The translations under genes were made by a program, and so were the position numbers. 64,000 nt of DNA from Paraspadella gotoi. Lineage: Eukaryota; Animalia; Chaetognatha. Each line of letters starts with the position of its first letter. Positions within the stretch are counted from its first letter, which is position 1. Below are positions 50,860 to 64,000 of the stretch, in pieces. Location of the stretch: positions 5,754,050 to 5,818,049 of the forward strand of contig CM119269.1 of assembly GCA_051294375.1 (NCBI GenBank), in the 5' to 3' direction. The notes below the pieces were generated by a model that saw only the letters and a program-made list of their open reading frames with translations, searched no databases and had not been told where the DNA came from.

Positions 50860-52554
50860 AGAGAAGAGAGCAGAGAGAGAGAAAAAAAGAGACTTTGATG
50901 CGAAGGAAACGAACTTCGATGACTGGTTGCCATTTGTATTCAATGTTTTACGAAGATGAATCTCCGAAGTTTTCTTCATTTCTGGGTGGCGTTATAAGTT
51001 TTATGTTTTTATTTCGAATCTTGGTGCGGAATCACTCATATTTGGACTAATATATTAAATTTTATTTTTTTTTTTAATAACTTACTTTTATTTGATTATA
51101 CGCAATTCATCATTCTCTCTTTGACGAGTGACTGTTACTAGAAATGCTTTGTGGTTTCCCCAAGGAAACCGAGAAACAACTCCCAAAAATGGAATTGACA
51201 TCTCGGCATGCGGAAGGCGAAGGGGGAGGGAGGTGAGGCAGTTTTTCTCACGGTTATGATGCGTGAAAATGCGGCAAAAGTGAGGACGCCGCAGAAAAAC
51301 CATTTTTTCCCTAATTCCCGCTCAGAAACCTCGAACGAGAAGATGCCGTCTCACTTTTCACAATGTTAGCGGAATGGAAGGTCGAGGTAAAAATGTAAAA
51401 TTATTTGCAAGTGTTAGTGACGTAAGAAAATTCCGAGCGTAGAGAATTCGTTCTTGAAAACTAAAGCTTTTTTTCGGCAAAGAAATCCAAATATTTGACG
51501 GGAATTTTGTGAAAGGGCATAACGATTTTTGAAGGAACTAATTTCGGTCTTTTGAATTCAGTCTTTCGTTCGTCGATTCAATGAAAAACTGAAAAACGGC
51601 GCGGCGCGATGGCACACTGAGAGGACAAGGGAGAATCCCTCGATTTCACTCGTGGGGGGGGGAGGGGAGCAATGTTTAAATCAAATGTTTATGTTTTAAT
51701 ATTTAACTAATATGAATTTTTTTCTTTTACTGCTCTTAATGTGTTCATATTAAATAGCTTTTCAGAGAAAGAATTTAACGATTAAAACGTCAAGGACATA
51801 TCAGTAGGAAGTTTCTAAATACTTTTTTTACCAGAATTTTTTTTCACTATTAGTTAAAAAACGATTGTAGTTTATTATTTATTTAAGTTGCTAAAACCAG
51901 ATAAGAAAAAAAAAAAATTTTAACTTAATATTATGCACTATACATTTTATAGATTCAAAATAAACTCAATTAAACTATATATTTTTTAATCGTTTATATT
52001 GGTCTTAACTAAATGTTGGCCGAATCGGTGAACAGGGTTTGGAGAAATCCGAGATCGAAATCAAGTTGATTATTTGGTTTTTAAAAAAATCTAAAAATCA
52101 AGACGAATTTCTCTTCCCAATAGTTTTTCCAACTATTTTTTCATTTCTCCTTATAATTTTTCCTTTGTTATATTAAGATCTTACTTTGGTTAACTCTATG
52201 CGTAGTACCAGTTTTCTAAATTTAGCCTTTGCGTTCGCCGTTGTTTTTTATCGTTTTATGTCGTCAACGTCGTCTGTGTAGTCGTCGTCTGTCGTCGTCG
52301 TCGTTCTTTTTCACAACGTCTCATTGTCCTTCGTACACGAAATCGTACCAGGATCCACTTCGTTTCTGTCGATCGGACGGAAAAATCGATTTGTGGAAGA
52401 GAGAGAAGAGAGAAGAGAGAGTAAAGAGAAGAGAGAAAAGATGTAGGAGAGAGAGAGAGAGAGAGAAAGAGAAGCGAGAAGAGAGAGAGAAGAGAGAGAG
52501 AGAAGAGAAAAAAAACTTCGGATGTTTATTACATTCTATCTAATCTATCTACTA

Positions 52555-52587
<33 letters not shown>

Positions 52588-54218
52588 CTATCTATCTATC
52601 TAAATCTATCTATCTATCCTATCTAGTCTATCTATCCACTCTATTTATCTCTTTCTCTATCACACTCGATTTAAAACAATCAAAACAACTTTCTCTCGAC
52701 CAACATTCTACTTGATGTTTTCCACACAATCGCTTAATTTTCTTCAACAACATCTCTTTAATTCACCGCTCTTCCCCTCTCCCTCTTATCTCTCCTCTCT
52801 CTCTATCGCTCTCCATTCTACTTCCCTCCTACTGTCGTCTCGCTTGACGAATGGATGCTGCTTGTTTGATTGCTGTTGCCCGAAAAGGTGAGGCATCCAA
52901 AAGGTGAGGTCTTTCGAAGAGGTTAGCCCTTTTAAGAGGAAGATGCACTAAAAGAGTGCTGAAGGCATATGAAAAGGTGAGGCTATAGAGAAATTGAAAT
53001 TCGAAGTCCTCAAAAATAAGGCTATATGAAGAGATGAAAAGCCTCAACAAAATAACGAATCATAAAATAAACTTATCCCATTAAACAAATTTTTTCTTCC
53101 TCCAACCCGTTTTCTGTTCAAGAACTTTCAGATATATTTGCATTTTTCAAATAAATGACCTCCTAACGAGAAATGGACGGCTAATATCCTATTTAAAAAA
53201 ATGAGGCCAGGAAAGGAATTTTTTAACCTTGTGTTGTTTAGACTTATAGTTACTCGCCCTCTAGTTCCCAGCCTTTATTAATTATGAACATAAATGAGAA
53301 CTAGATTTAAATATTTAGGTAAAGTGATATTAAACTTTAGAATTGTTTACAACCAATATAAAAATTATTCATTCATTTAATAAATAAGCCTATCTTGTCC
53401 ATGACTGGTGTGTCGAGGGTTCAACTCCTTAACAAGATAATGACGAATAGCAGGTCCCTGCAAGCTTTTCAAATAAACACTTTCTGCACAGGTCTCGTTT
53501 ATTTCCTCCCAGTAGTACCTTGCTTTCTGCTATAATAACAGTGAAATAAAGGATATTTCAAAGAAATGTTTAATTGAATGAAAAAACCCACTTCCTTATT
53601 TTTTCCAAAATCTAAAATTTTTCATATTTAAAGGCCTATAAATTAGTGGTGAAGGCCTTGGAAAGGATGAAAGGCCCTCAAAAAGGTAGGCCTTGAAAGG
53701 GTGAGGCTCAAAAAGGTGAGGCAACGTCGGATGCCGCCGAGAAACATCTCGAAATGCCCGAAAAAGCGAAAACTTAGAAGACGTGAAAAGGAAATCTGGG
53801 GTTGCGCGGGTTCCGGGATTTTCAGGGTTATGTCGGGGTTACACCCGCCCTCACCCTAGTGTATGATCATTCAACATAGCGATATCGACAGGCGATTCCA
53901 CGCACGGAGTCCCAGGGTGTGGTTCGATTGAATTGGCCGACATCCGGCCGTTCGGCGGCTCTGCAGCGCCTCGGCCTTCGTGGGCCCTAAAAACCTAAAT
54001 GCAAGACATCTCCAGGCGAGCGCTCCCGCTGCAACCTAACGCCTAAACCGGCTCGATCCAAACCCTAAACCACGTAACCAGTTTCCACCGGCTCGCGATA
54101 TCACAGCCGAGCCACTTTCGCTTAAGTCCTAAGACCTTAACACCGCTGGCTCCTGTCCCACTGCCGAGCCAAAACCCCTAATAAGCGAGCGTGNNNNNNN
54201 NNNNNNNNNNNNNNNNNN

Positions 54219-54249
<31 letters not shown>

Positions 54250-55543
54250 AAAAAGAGATTTGATGTCGAAGGAAACGACTTCGATGATGGTTGCCATTTG
54301 TATTCAATGTTTACGAAGTATGATCTCCGAGTTTTCTTCATTTCTGGGTGCGTTATAAGTTTTATGTTTATTTCGAATCTTGGTGCGAATCACTCATTTT
54401 GGTATTGTTAATTTATTTTTTTTTTATACTTATTTTATTTCATTATACGCAATTCTCATTCTCTCTTTGACGGTGACTGTTACTAGAAATGCTTTGTGGT
54501 TTCCAAGGAAACCCGAGAAACAACTCCAAAAATGGAATTGACTCTCGGCATGCGGAGGCGAAGGGGGAGGGGGAGGTGAGGCAGTTTCTCTCACGGTTAT
54601 GATGCGTGAAAATGGGGAAGTGAGACGCCGAGAAAAACATTTTTCCCTTTCCGCTCGAAACCTCGACGAGAAGATGCCGTCTCACTTTCACATGTTAGCG
54701 AAATGTGAAGGTCGAGGTAAAATGTAAAATTATTTGCAGTGTTAGTGACGGTAAGAAAATTCCGACGAGAGAATTTCGTCTTTGAAACTAAAGCTTTTTT
54801 TTCGGCAAAGAATAATAATATTTGACGGGAATTTTGTGAAAGGCATAACGATTTTTGAAGGAACTAATTTCGGTCTGAATTCAGTCTTCGTTCGTCGATT
54901 CATGAAAAACTGAAAAACCGCGGCGCGATGCACTGAGAGGCAAGGGAGATTCGATTCCACTCTGGGGGGGGGGGAGTGGTGGAGGGGCACTGTTTAATCA
55001 AATGTTTATGTTTTAATTTTAACTAATATGAATTTTTTTCTTTTACTGTTTAATGTGTTCATATTAAATAGCTTTCAGAGAAAGAATTTACGATTAAACG
55101 TCAAGACATATCAGTAGGAAAGTTTCTAGAATACTTTTTATACCAGAATTTTTTTTCACTTTAGTTTAAAAACGATGTAGTTTATTATTTTATTTAAGTT
55201 GTAAACCAATAAGAAAAAAAAATTTTTAACTTAATTTAATGCACTATACATTTTAAGTAAAAAATATATATTTTTTTATCGTTTATATTGTCTTAACTAA
55301 TGTTGGCGAATCGGTGAACAGGGTTTGGAGAATCCGAGATCGAATCAGTTGATTATTTTGTTTAAAAAAATCTAAAAAATCAAGACGAACATTTCTCGTT
55401 CCAATGTTTTCCAACTATTTTTCTTTCTCTTATAATTTTCCTTTTGTTATATTTAAGGTTTACTTTGGTTAACCTATGCTGTACCAGTTTTCTAAATTTA
55501 GCCCTTTGCGTTCGCCCGTTGTTTTTATCGTTTATGTCGCCAA

Positions 55544-55576
<33 letters not shown>

Positions 55577-57297
55577 TTTTCAACGTCTCATTTGTCCTTC
55601 GTACGAAATCGTCCAGGATCCACTTCGTTTCTGTCGATCGACGGAAAAATCGATTTGCTGGAGAGAGAGAGGAAGAGAGAGAGAGAGAGAAAAAGAAGAG
55701 AGAGAGAGAGAGAGAGAGAGAGACGAGAAGAGAGAGAGAAAGAGAGAGAGAAGAGAATAAAAAATGATGTATTTCTTCTGAATTATTATTATCTATACTA
55801 CTATCTATCATCTATCTACTCTATCTATCTATTCTATCTATCTATCCTATCTATCTATCTATCTATCTATCCATCTATTTATCTCTTTCTCTATCACACT
55901 CGATTAAAACAACAAAACACTTCTCTCGACAACATCTACTTGATTGTTTTCCACACAATCGCTTAATTTCTTAACAACATCTCCTTTTCACCCTCTCCCT
56001 CTCCCTCTATCTCTCTCTCTCTCTCGCTCTCTCATTCTCTCCCTCCTCTGTCGTCTCGCTTGACGAATGATGCTGCTGTTGATTGCGTTGGCCCCGAAAA
56101 GGTGAGGCATCCAAAAGGTGAGGTCTTCGAAGAGGTTAGCCCTTTAAGAGGAGATGCATAAAAGAGGCGAGGCTATGAAAAGGTGAGGCTATAGAGAAAT
56201 GAAATTCGAGTCCTCAAAAAATAAGGCTATGAAGAGATGAAGCCTCAACAAATAACGAATCATAAATAAACTTTATCCCATAACAAATTTTCTCCTCCAC
56301 CCGTTTCTGTTCAGACTTTCAGATATTTTGATTTTTCAATAAATGACCTCCTAACGAGAATGACGGCTAATATCCTATTAAAAAATTAGGGCAGGAAGGA
56401 ATTTTTAACCTTGTGTTGTTTAGACTATAGTTACTCCCTCTATTCCCAGCTTTATTAATTATGAAATAAATGAGAACTAGATTTAATATTTAGGTGAAAT
56501 ATATTAAACTTTTAGGAAATTGTTACAACCAATATAAAAATTATTCATTCATTTAATAAATAAGCTATCTTGTCCCTGACTTTGGTGGTTCAAGGTTCAC
56601 TCTTACAAGATAATGACATAGCAGGTCCCTGCAAGCTTTCAATCAACACTTTCTCACAGTCTCGTTTATTTCCTCCCAGAGTACCTTGCTTTCCTATCAA
56701 TAAAGTGAAATAATATTTCAAAGAATGTTTCAATTGAATGAAAAAACCACTTCCTTATTTTTTTTCAAATCTTAAAATTTTTCATATTTAAGGCCTTAAA
56801 TTAGTGGTGAAGCCTTGGAAAGGAGAGGCCTCAAAAAGGTAGGCCTTGAAAGGGTGAGGCCTCAAAAAGGTGAGGCAACGTCGGAGCCGCGAGAACATTC
56901 GAATGCCAAAAGCGAAAACTTAGAAGACGTGAAAAGGAATCTGGGGTTCCGGGTTCCGGGTTTCAGGGTTTTCGGGGTTCACCCCCTCCCCTAAGTGTAG
57001 ATCATTCAAATAGCGATATCGACGGCGATTCACGCACGAGTCCCAGGTGTGGTTCGAGTTGATTGGCGACTCCGGCCGTCGGCGCTTGCAGCGCCTCGGC
57101 CTTCGTGGCCCTAAACCCTAAATGCGACATCTCCAGCGAGCCTCCCGCTCAACCCTAACCCTAAACCGGGCTCCGATCCAAACCCTAACCCGAACCAGTT
57201 TCCCCGGCTCGCGATATCACCAGCGAGCCACTTTCCTAGTCCTAACCTTAACCCGGGCCTCCTGTCCCATGCCGAGCCAAAACCCTAACGCGAGCGT
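50860..57297 (+). repeat. Tandem duplication of ~3.1-3.3 kb (50860-54193 noisy vs 54219-57297) across a 25-N gap
   Basis: Collinear from gactttgatgcgaaggaaacg through to gcgagcgt; the first copy is insertion-rich. Confidence 0.9.
56086..56880. mobile_element. Putative non-autonomous element with ~16-bp AAAAGGTGAGGC subterminal arrays at both ends and short cgttg(g)cc/ggcaacg termini
   Basis: Arrays at 56097-56195 and 56805-56877 enclose the ~220-bp repeat core. Copies at ~52875-53726 and inverted at ~61469-62316. Confidence 0.45.
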
Positions 57298-57337
57298 CAC
57301 CTGCAGGCCTCTCCCCCAACCCTAAATCTAACCCGAG
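57108..57337 (-). repeat. Interspersed telomere-like CCCTAA/CCCTAAA units with GC-rich spacers
   Basis: ccctaaaccctaaa, accctaaccctaaacc, aaaccctaacccgaacc, cctaaccttaaccc, aaccctaacg and aaccctaaatctaaccc at ~25-60 bp spacing. Confidence 0.7.
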
Positions 57338-57514
57338 CAACAACGTCAGCCGCGCGCTACTCCAATTCGCACCTTTCGTCTGATTAGTTACTTTTATTTT
57401 TCACCATTGGCGATATACTAACTAAAATCCCTGCTCAGGTTTTTCATCTTTTTTTTTTTTCTACTGACGATGGATTTAGAATAGAATCGTTCTGCGCGGG
57501 GAAAACGTATTGTT

Positions 57515-57665
57515 TTTTCGTGAGCCAATGATATTTCGGCTTGACCATTCCTCGTCTCTGATTGGCTCCCCTTAAAAGGCGAGGACTCTTATTGGGCGAA
57601 TCTCACTTTTCTCCCCATCTACCGGCAACAATCTCTCTCTCTCTCTCTCTTCTCCTCTCTCTTCT

Positions 57666-57700
<35 letters not shown>

Positions 57701-57881
57701 CCTCTCTCTCTCAATTCTGCTGCGGAGAAACCTTTGGAAAATTCGCTGACATAAGAACCATTAGAGTCGCGGCGCCTAAGAAGCTGAGTACTAGAGAAGA
57801 GAAGCAGAAAGAGGAGCGACTTTGTAATAACATCTTTTCTCTCTCTCTTCTCCCTTCTTCCCTCTCTCTCTCTCTCTCTCT

Positions 57882-57914
<33 letters not shown>

Positions 57915-58125
57915 CTCTCTCTCCTTCCCTCCCTTCTCTCCCTTTTTTCTTTTCTTTCCCCCCGATAATCTAGCCATAAGCGCGGGAAAGGGGAGATAGG
58001 AAGCGAGATAACGAGCGAAACTGTAATTTCCATTCTCGAAGTGAAGAGCGCGCGGTCCCCGGCGCGCCACCTCCCCCCCGCTCCCGCCTATCTCCCCACA
58101 CGCCCAGTCCCGCCCTCACCCCCCT
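57515..58125. promoter_or_regulatory. Promoter-like segment (CCAAT boxes and GC boxes); inverted copy at ~60120-60725
   Basis: agccaatg (~57522), gattggct (~57560), attgggcg (~57591), and a CpG/GC-box cluster (ggcgcgcc, cccgcc x2) at 58045-58120. No downstream gene identified. Confidence 0.3.
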
Positions 58126-58432
58126 TTTCTTTCTTACAAAAAGTCAATATCTCAACCCTCCCCCTCAAGTAAAAAAAAAAAAAAAAAAGGCCCGGGGTGA
58201 AGCTGCACCCTCGGTGCCGAATATTCTTCGAATGTGGCAGAATGAAGGGACGGTTCTAAACGGGATCGTGAGAGAAAGTCCGGATTCTGAATGGAAAAGC
58301 CCCGTTCTCAATGGCGCGACTAAAACGGAGGCACGGTTCGGAAATAGCGCCGCAGTGGAGGGGAATGTTTTTAGCGATGTCCTTAACGATGTATTTATTC
58401 TTAATTGACCAGTTTTGGTGAGGAAGCGGATG

Positions 58433-58572
58433 TGAAAAGCGCAATACGGTGACGGGATTCAGCGTTTCGCAAGCGGCTCTGCGGATCTGAAAGGATCTGA
58501 AAGGATCTGAAAGGATCTGAAAAGCGCAATACGGTGACGGGATTCAGCGTTTCGCGAGCGGCTCTGCGGATC
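58433..58572 (+). repeat. 55-bp direct repeat x2 separated by (TGAAAGGATC)x3
   Basis: 58433-58487 and 58518-58572 differ at one base; the spacer 58488-58517 is three exact 10-mers. Confidence 0.9.
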
Positions 58573-59068
58573 GGAATTTACGAAAGGAATCACATCTTAC
58601 GTAACAAAAGAATATTTAATTTCATTTTTTAAAACGACGATAAAAAACTTGTGAGCTGATTTAATTAAATCATGCTAAGTCTGGTAAAAGACAATAAGAC
58701 TGCGATGCCTCTTTGTCAGCCTTCTGCAATGGCCACTATGATTTCTCTTTCGTAGCAGTTAGCAATGACAATATAAAGTCCTCTTTTTCTGCCATTTTAA
58801 CGTCTCTTTGTCAGACATGCCTCTTTCCCAGACATTTTCAACGTTTCTCTGTCAGCCATCCGCGATATTTCTCAGCCATCTGAAATGCCTCTTTTTCAGC
58901 CAAATGCAACGCCTCCCAATCCAACAGACATGTGGTTGGCCGCAACGTCTTCTCATCGGATGTCTTGAGGGGAAAAAAGCGCGACTTTACTGCCTCGAGA
59001 AAAGAAGAACAAAAATCTTGCGAATTCAGCTTTTCTTCGGCTCNNNNNNNNNNNNNNNNNNNNNNNNN

Positions 59069-59122
<54 letters not shown>

Positions 59123-60330
59123 GAGAGAGAGAAGAGAGAGAGAGAGAGAATTCCCAAAAGGTTTGCCGAAGAAAGCTGAATTCGGCAAGATTTGTTCTTC
59201 TTTCCCTTCTTTCTCAGGCATAAAGTCGCGCTTTTTTTTCCCCTCAGACATCCGATGAGAAGCGTTCGGCCAACCACATGTCCTGTTGGATTGGGAAGGC
59301 GTTGCATTTGGCCTGAAAAAGAGGCATTTCAGATGGCTGAGAAATATCGCGGATGGCTGACAGAGAAACACGGTTGGAAATGGTCTGGGAAAGAGGCATG
59401 TCTGACAAAGAGACGTTAAGGCAGAAAAAGAGGACTTTATATTGTCATTGCTACTGCTACGAAAGAGAAATCATAGTGGCCAATTGCAGAAAGGCTGACC
59501 AAAAGGCATCGAGTCTTATTCGTCTTTACCAAGACTTTAGCAGATTAATTAAATCCAGGCTCACAAGTTTTTATCGGTCGGTTTTAAAAAATGAATTATA
59601 ATACTTCTTTTGTTAGCGGTAGAATGTATTCCTTTCGGTAAAATTCCCGATCCGCAGAGCCGCTTCGCCGAAAAACGCTGAATCCCGTCACGTATGCGTT
59701 TTCAATCCTTTCAGATCCTTTCAGAATCCTTTGTCGAGATCCGGCAGAGGCTTGGCGAAACGCTGAATGCCCGTCACCGTATTGCGTTTTCCCAGCCTGA
59801 TCCGCTTCCGGTGGCACCAACTGGTCAATTTAAGAATAAATACATCGTTAGGACATCGCATAAAAAACATTCCCTCACCTGCGGGCGACCTATTTTCCGA
59901 ACCGTGCCTCCGTTTTAGTCGCGCCATTGAGGAACGGGGCTTTCCATTCAAGAATCCGGACTTTCTCTCAACGGATCCGTTTTAGACCGGTCCTTTCATT
60001 CTGCCACACATTCGAGAATATTCGGCACCGGAGGGTGCAGCTTCACAACCCGGGCCTTTTTTTTTTTTTTTTTTACTTGAGGGGGAGGGTTGAGATATTG
60101 ACTTTTTGTAAGAAAGAAAAGGGGGGTGAGGGCGGGACTGGGCGTGTGGGGAGATAGGCGGGAGCGGGGGGGAGGTGGCGCGCCGGGGACCGCGCGCTCT
60201 TCACTTCGAGAATGGAAATTACAGTTTCGCTCGTTATCTCGCTTCCTATCTCCCCTTTCCCGCGCTTATGGCTAGATTATCGGGGGGAAAGAAAAGAAAA
60301 AAGGGAGAGAAGGGAGGGAAGGAGAGAGAG

Positions 60331-60363
<33 letters not shown>

Positions 60364-60544
60364 AGAGAGAGAGAGAGAGAGAGGGAAGAAGGGAGAAGAG
60401 AGAGAGAAAAGATGTTATTACAAAGTCGCTCCTCTTTCTGCTTCTCTTCTCTAGTACTCAGCTTCTTAGGCGCCGCGACTCTAATGGTTCTTATGTCAGC
60501 GAATTTTCCAAAGGTTTCTCCGCAGCAGAATTGAGAGAGAGAGG

Positions 60545-60579
<35 letters not shown>

Positions 60580-63105
60580 AGAAGAGAGAGGAGAAGAGAG
60601 AGAGAGAGAGAGATTGTTGCCGGTAGATGGGGAGAAAAGTGAGATTCGCCCAATAAGAGTCCTCGCCTTTTAAGGGGAGCCAATCAGAGACGAGGAATGG
60701 TCAAGCCGAAATATCATTGGCTCACGAAAAAAAAAATACGTTTTCCCCCCGCGCAGAACGATTGCTTCTATTTCTAAATCCATCGTCAGTAAAAAAAAAA
60801 AAAAAGATGAAAAAACTGAGGCAGGGATTTTAGTTAGTATAATCGCCAATGGTGAAAAATAAAGTAACTATCAGATCGAAAGGGTGCGAATTTGGAGTAG
60901 GTCGCGGCGGAGCGGCTGACCGACGCGCAGACGCGACGACTGGAGGGTTGTTGCCTTTCTTGGCTTCTCGGGTTATGAATTTAGGGTTTTAGGGTTGGGG
61001 TGAGAAGATATTTAGGCTCGCGTTATGGGTTTTTGGCTCGGCATGGGAAGGAGGCCCGGGTTAAGGTTGGACCTAGGAAAGTGGCTCGCTGGTGATATAG
61101 GCGAGCCGGGGAAACTGGTTCGGTTAGGGTTTTGGATCGGAAGGGCCCGGTTTTAGGGGTTAGGGTTGAGCTGGAGGCTCGCTGGAGATTGTCGCATTTA
61201 GGGTTTAGGCCACGAAGGCGGAGGCGGCTGCAAGCGCCGACTGGCCGAGTCGCCAATCAAGCGATCGAACGCACACCTGGGACTTCGTGCGTTGAATCGC
61301 CGGTCGATATCGCTATTGAATGTGATATTTCTAACACTAGGGGAGAGGGGGGTGAACCCCCGAAAAACCCTGACCCGGAACCGGACCACCCAGATTCCTT
61401 TTCAACGAATTGGGACGTCTTCCCTAAGTTTTTCGCTTGGGCATTCGAATGGTCTCCGCGGCTCTCCGCGTTGCCCTCACCTTTTTGAGGGCTCACCCTT
61501 TCAAGGCCTACCCTTTTTGAGGCCTCTTCCTTTGCCAAGGCTTCACGACACTAATTTAAGGCCTTAAAATATGAAAAATTTTAAGATTTGAAAAAAAAAT
61601 AAGGAAGTCGGTTTTTTCATTCAATTGAACATTCTTTGAAATATTATTTCACTTATAATGATAGAAAGCAAGGTACTGCTGGGAGGAAATAACGAGACTG
61701 TGAGAGTGTTTGATTTGAATAGCTTGCAGGGACCTGCTATGAGTCCATTTCTTGTAAAGTGAACACCTTGAAAAACGCACCAAAGTCAGGGGACAAAGAT
61801 TCGCTTATTTATTAAATGAATGAATAATTTTTAATATTTGGGTTGTACAATTTCCTAAAAAAGTTTAATATATTTCAACCTATAATATTAAATCTAGTTC
61901 TCATTTTAATTTCATAATTAATAAAGTGGGAATAGAAAGGGAGTACTATAGTCTAAACACCACAAGGTTAAAAATTCCTTCCTGCTAAATTTTTAATAGG
62001 ATATTAGAGCCGGTCATTTTCTCGTTAGGAGGTCATTTATTGAAAAAATCAAAATATATGAAAAAGTCTGGGAACAGGAAAGGGTGGAGGAGAAAATTTG
62101 TTTAATGGGATAAAGGTTTAAAATTTTATGATTCGTTATTTGTTGAGGCTTTCAATCTCTTCATAGCCTTATTTTTTTGAGGACTCGAATTTCATTTCTC
62201 TCTATAGCCTCAACCTTTCATAGCCTCGCCTCTTTTTATGCATCTCCTCTTAAAGGGCTAACCTCTTCGAAGACCTCACCTTTTGATGCCCTCAATCACC
62301 TTTTTCGGGCAAACGCAAATCCTCAAACAAGCAGCATCATTCGTGTCAAGCGAAGACGACAGAGAGGGGGGAGAGAATAGAGGCGAGAGAGAGAGGAGAT
62401 TTAGAGGGATGAAAAGGGAGAGGGTGAAAATGGAGATGTTGTTAAGAAAATTAAAAGCGATTTGTGTGGAAAACAATCAAGTAGATGTTGTCGAGAGGAA
62501 GAGTTTTGTTGTTTTAATCGAGTGTGGATAGAGAAAAGAGATAAATAGATGGATGATTAGATTAGATAGAATAGATAGTAGATAGATAGTAGATGATAGA
62601 TAGATAGAATAGATAGATAGATAGATAGATTAGATAGATAGATAATAAACATCGAATTTTTTTTTTCTCTCTCTCTCTCTCATCTCCCTCTCATCTCCTC
62701 TTTCACTCAGCCCCTGAAAAAGATCTTTCATGAGTCATCGTCCATTATCCTTCGGTATAAAACTTTATCTCTCTTCCGAGGTTCACATTCGAACTGATCC
62801 TCTCACTGATGTCTTCAGGGATTTTTTTTTAAATGTGTGTTCTGTTATAAATACTGAAATTGGTACAACCAATATAAAGATTATCCATTCATTTATTAAA
62901 TGCTCCATCTTGCCCCTGACAGGCTTGGGTGGTTTAAGGCCTCCATCACTCTTACAAGATAATTACATCGCAAGTCCCTGCAAGCTTTCAATCAAGATTC
63001 ATTTATTCACTCCCAGAGTACCTGGCTTCCCTATCAATGAAGTGGTATAATATTTCAAAGAATGTTTCAATTGTATGAAAAGACCATTCCCTTAATTATT
63101 AGATC

Positions 63106-63170
63106 GGGGAATACTTTATTGTATAAGTTAAGTATTAGATCTGTGTTATCTATGTAAGAAAGTATTCCCC
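63106..63170. repeat. 65-bp element bounded by a perfect 12-bp inverted repeat
   Basis: ggggaatacttt ... aaagtattcccc. Confidence 0.6.
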
Positions 63171-63275
63171 CCTATGTATTTTCCCCCCTCCACTCCCCCT
63201 TTTCCTCACTCCCTCCTTCATGCAGCAGTCTACGCCCTCGAAAAAAGGCGGTATGAAATTCGTTGAAAAAAAAGG

Positions 63276-63601
63276 GGCCGTCTTTTCGGAAAGCGCCCCA
63301 TTTCAGCTTGAATTAAAAATTATTTTTTTTATTTAGTTAAGAGATAAGGAAAATGATTAAATTAGGTTAAGCTTGTGGATACGGATTAGATTATAAATTA
63401 GGTTAAGGATAAAGGTTAAAAATTAAATTGTTAACTTGTTATGGATTAGAATTAAAGATTAGGGTAAGCGATTAAGTTAAGGTTAAAAATTACAGTTACA
63501 GCTCAATCGAATTAAATATTTTTAAAAATATTAAAATTAATTCTTAAGGTTATAAGTTTAAAGATTAATAAAAGAAATGGGGTGCTTTCGGAAAAAAAAC
63601 G
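63276..63601. mobile_element. Related MITE-like element with ~26-bp TIRs and a TTAGG/TTAAGG-like interior
   Basis: Left cgtcttttcggaaagcgccccatttc vs right gaaatggggtgctttcggaaaaaaaacg (inverted). The TIR resembles that of the 34257 element. Confidence 0.7.
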
Positions 63602-64000
63602 AAAGGATTGGCAGATCGGCCGCCATCTTGCTTTCGTCAGCACGAGCGCCTCTCGCGCCAACGGCGATTGATATTTTCGCGTTTCACCCTTTTTTTTTTA
63701 CTTCGTTGCTCTTTTGTTTTTCCCCCAGGAGGCGTTGTCGTCTTCGCGTCTACGTTTTTATTCATCAAATGTTTTTTTCTTTTGCCGATGTCGTCTTACG
63801 CACCCCGTGTTCCAGTTTGTTCGACGACATTGTTACTTTAGTCATTTTATTTCAGTCATAGTCATTTCCTACGTCTGTTTATTTTGTCAATTGGGGTCGT
63901 TTCAAAATCATCAATCAAAAGGTTTCCAGTTCGAGCCCTGAGCCTAACTCTCAAATTCGGAGGGACTAAATATTTTTTTCTTAAGCTTAATAACGAAGTT

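Larger units (their letters stand above)
55740..62690. repeat. Large inverted duplication (arms ~55740-59043 and ~59165-62690) centred on a 25-N gap
   Basis: ORFs 57562..57999(+) and 60246..60683(-), and 57711..58070(-) and 60175..60534(+), have identical translations. The flanks continue as noisy reverse complements. Confidence 0.92.

Noticed and set aside
62775-62822. Hammerhead-like CTGAAGA core on the minus strand (also CTGATGA at ~2319)
   Set aside because: Lacks a properly placed stem II with GAAA and the closing helices.

Overview
Invertebrate (probably protostome) eukaryotic genomic DNA from a draft assembly. It is AG/CT-microsatellite rich, has 11 N-gaps (eight exactly 25 N) and contains long stretches of indel-noisy sequence resembling raw long reads. 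The only gene I can support is the 5' half of a minus-strand kainate-type ionotropic glutamate receptor. It has seven clear GT-AG coding exons between 18130 and 1168, a probable eighth starting at 18, and a candidate non-coding first exon near 19.2 kb. These exons encode the signal peptide and amino-terminal (LIVBP-like) domain, and the gene runs off the left edge. The rest is mostly non-coding: Helentron/DINE-1-like elements, MITE-like TIR elements (one family with a TTAGG/TTAGGG-like interior), a truncated LINE 3' end whose 5' junction copies nearby DNA in inverted form, a possible hAT remnant and minisatellites. There are also multi-kb direct and inverted duplications abutting 25-N gaps, most likely gap-filling or haplotype artefacts. 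I did not find a convincing new biological system. The best leads are the receptor's uORF and N-terminal extension, its exon 3/4 frame ambiguity, the templated 57-bp inverted repeat at the LINE junction, a presence/absence MITE polymorphism and a ~7 kb palindrome. Nearly all ORFs in the supplied track are low-complexity noise.
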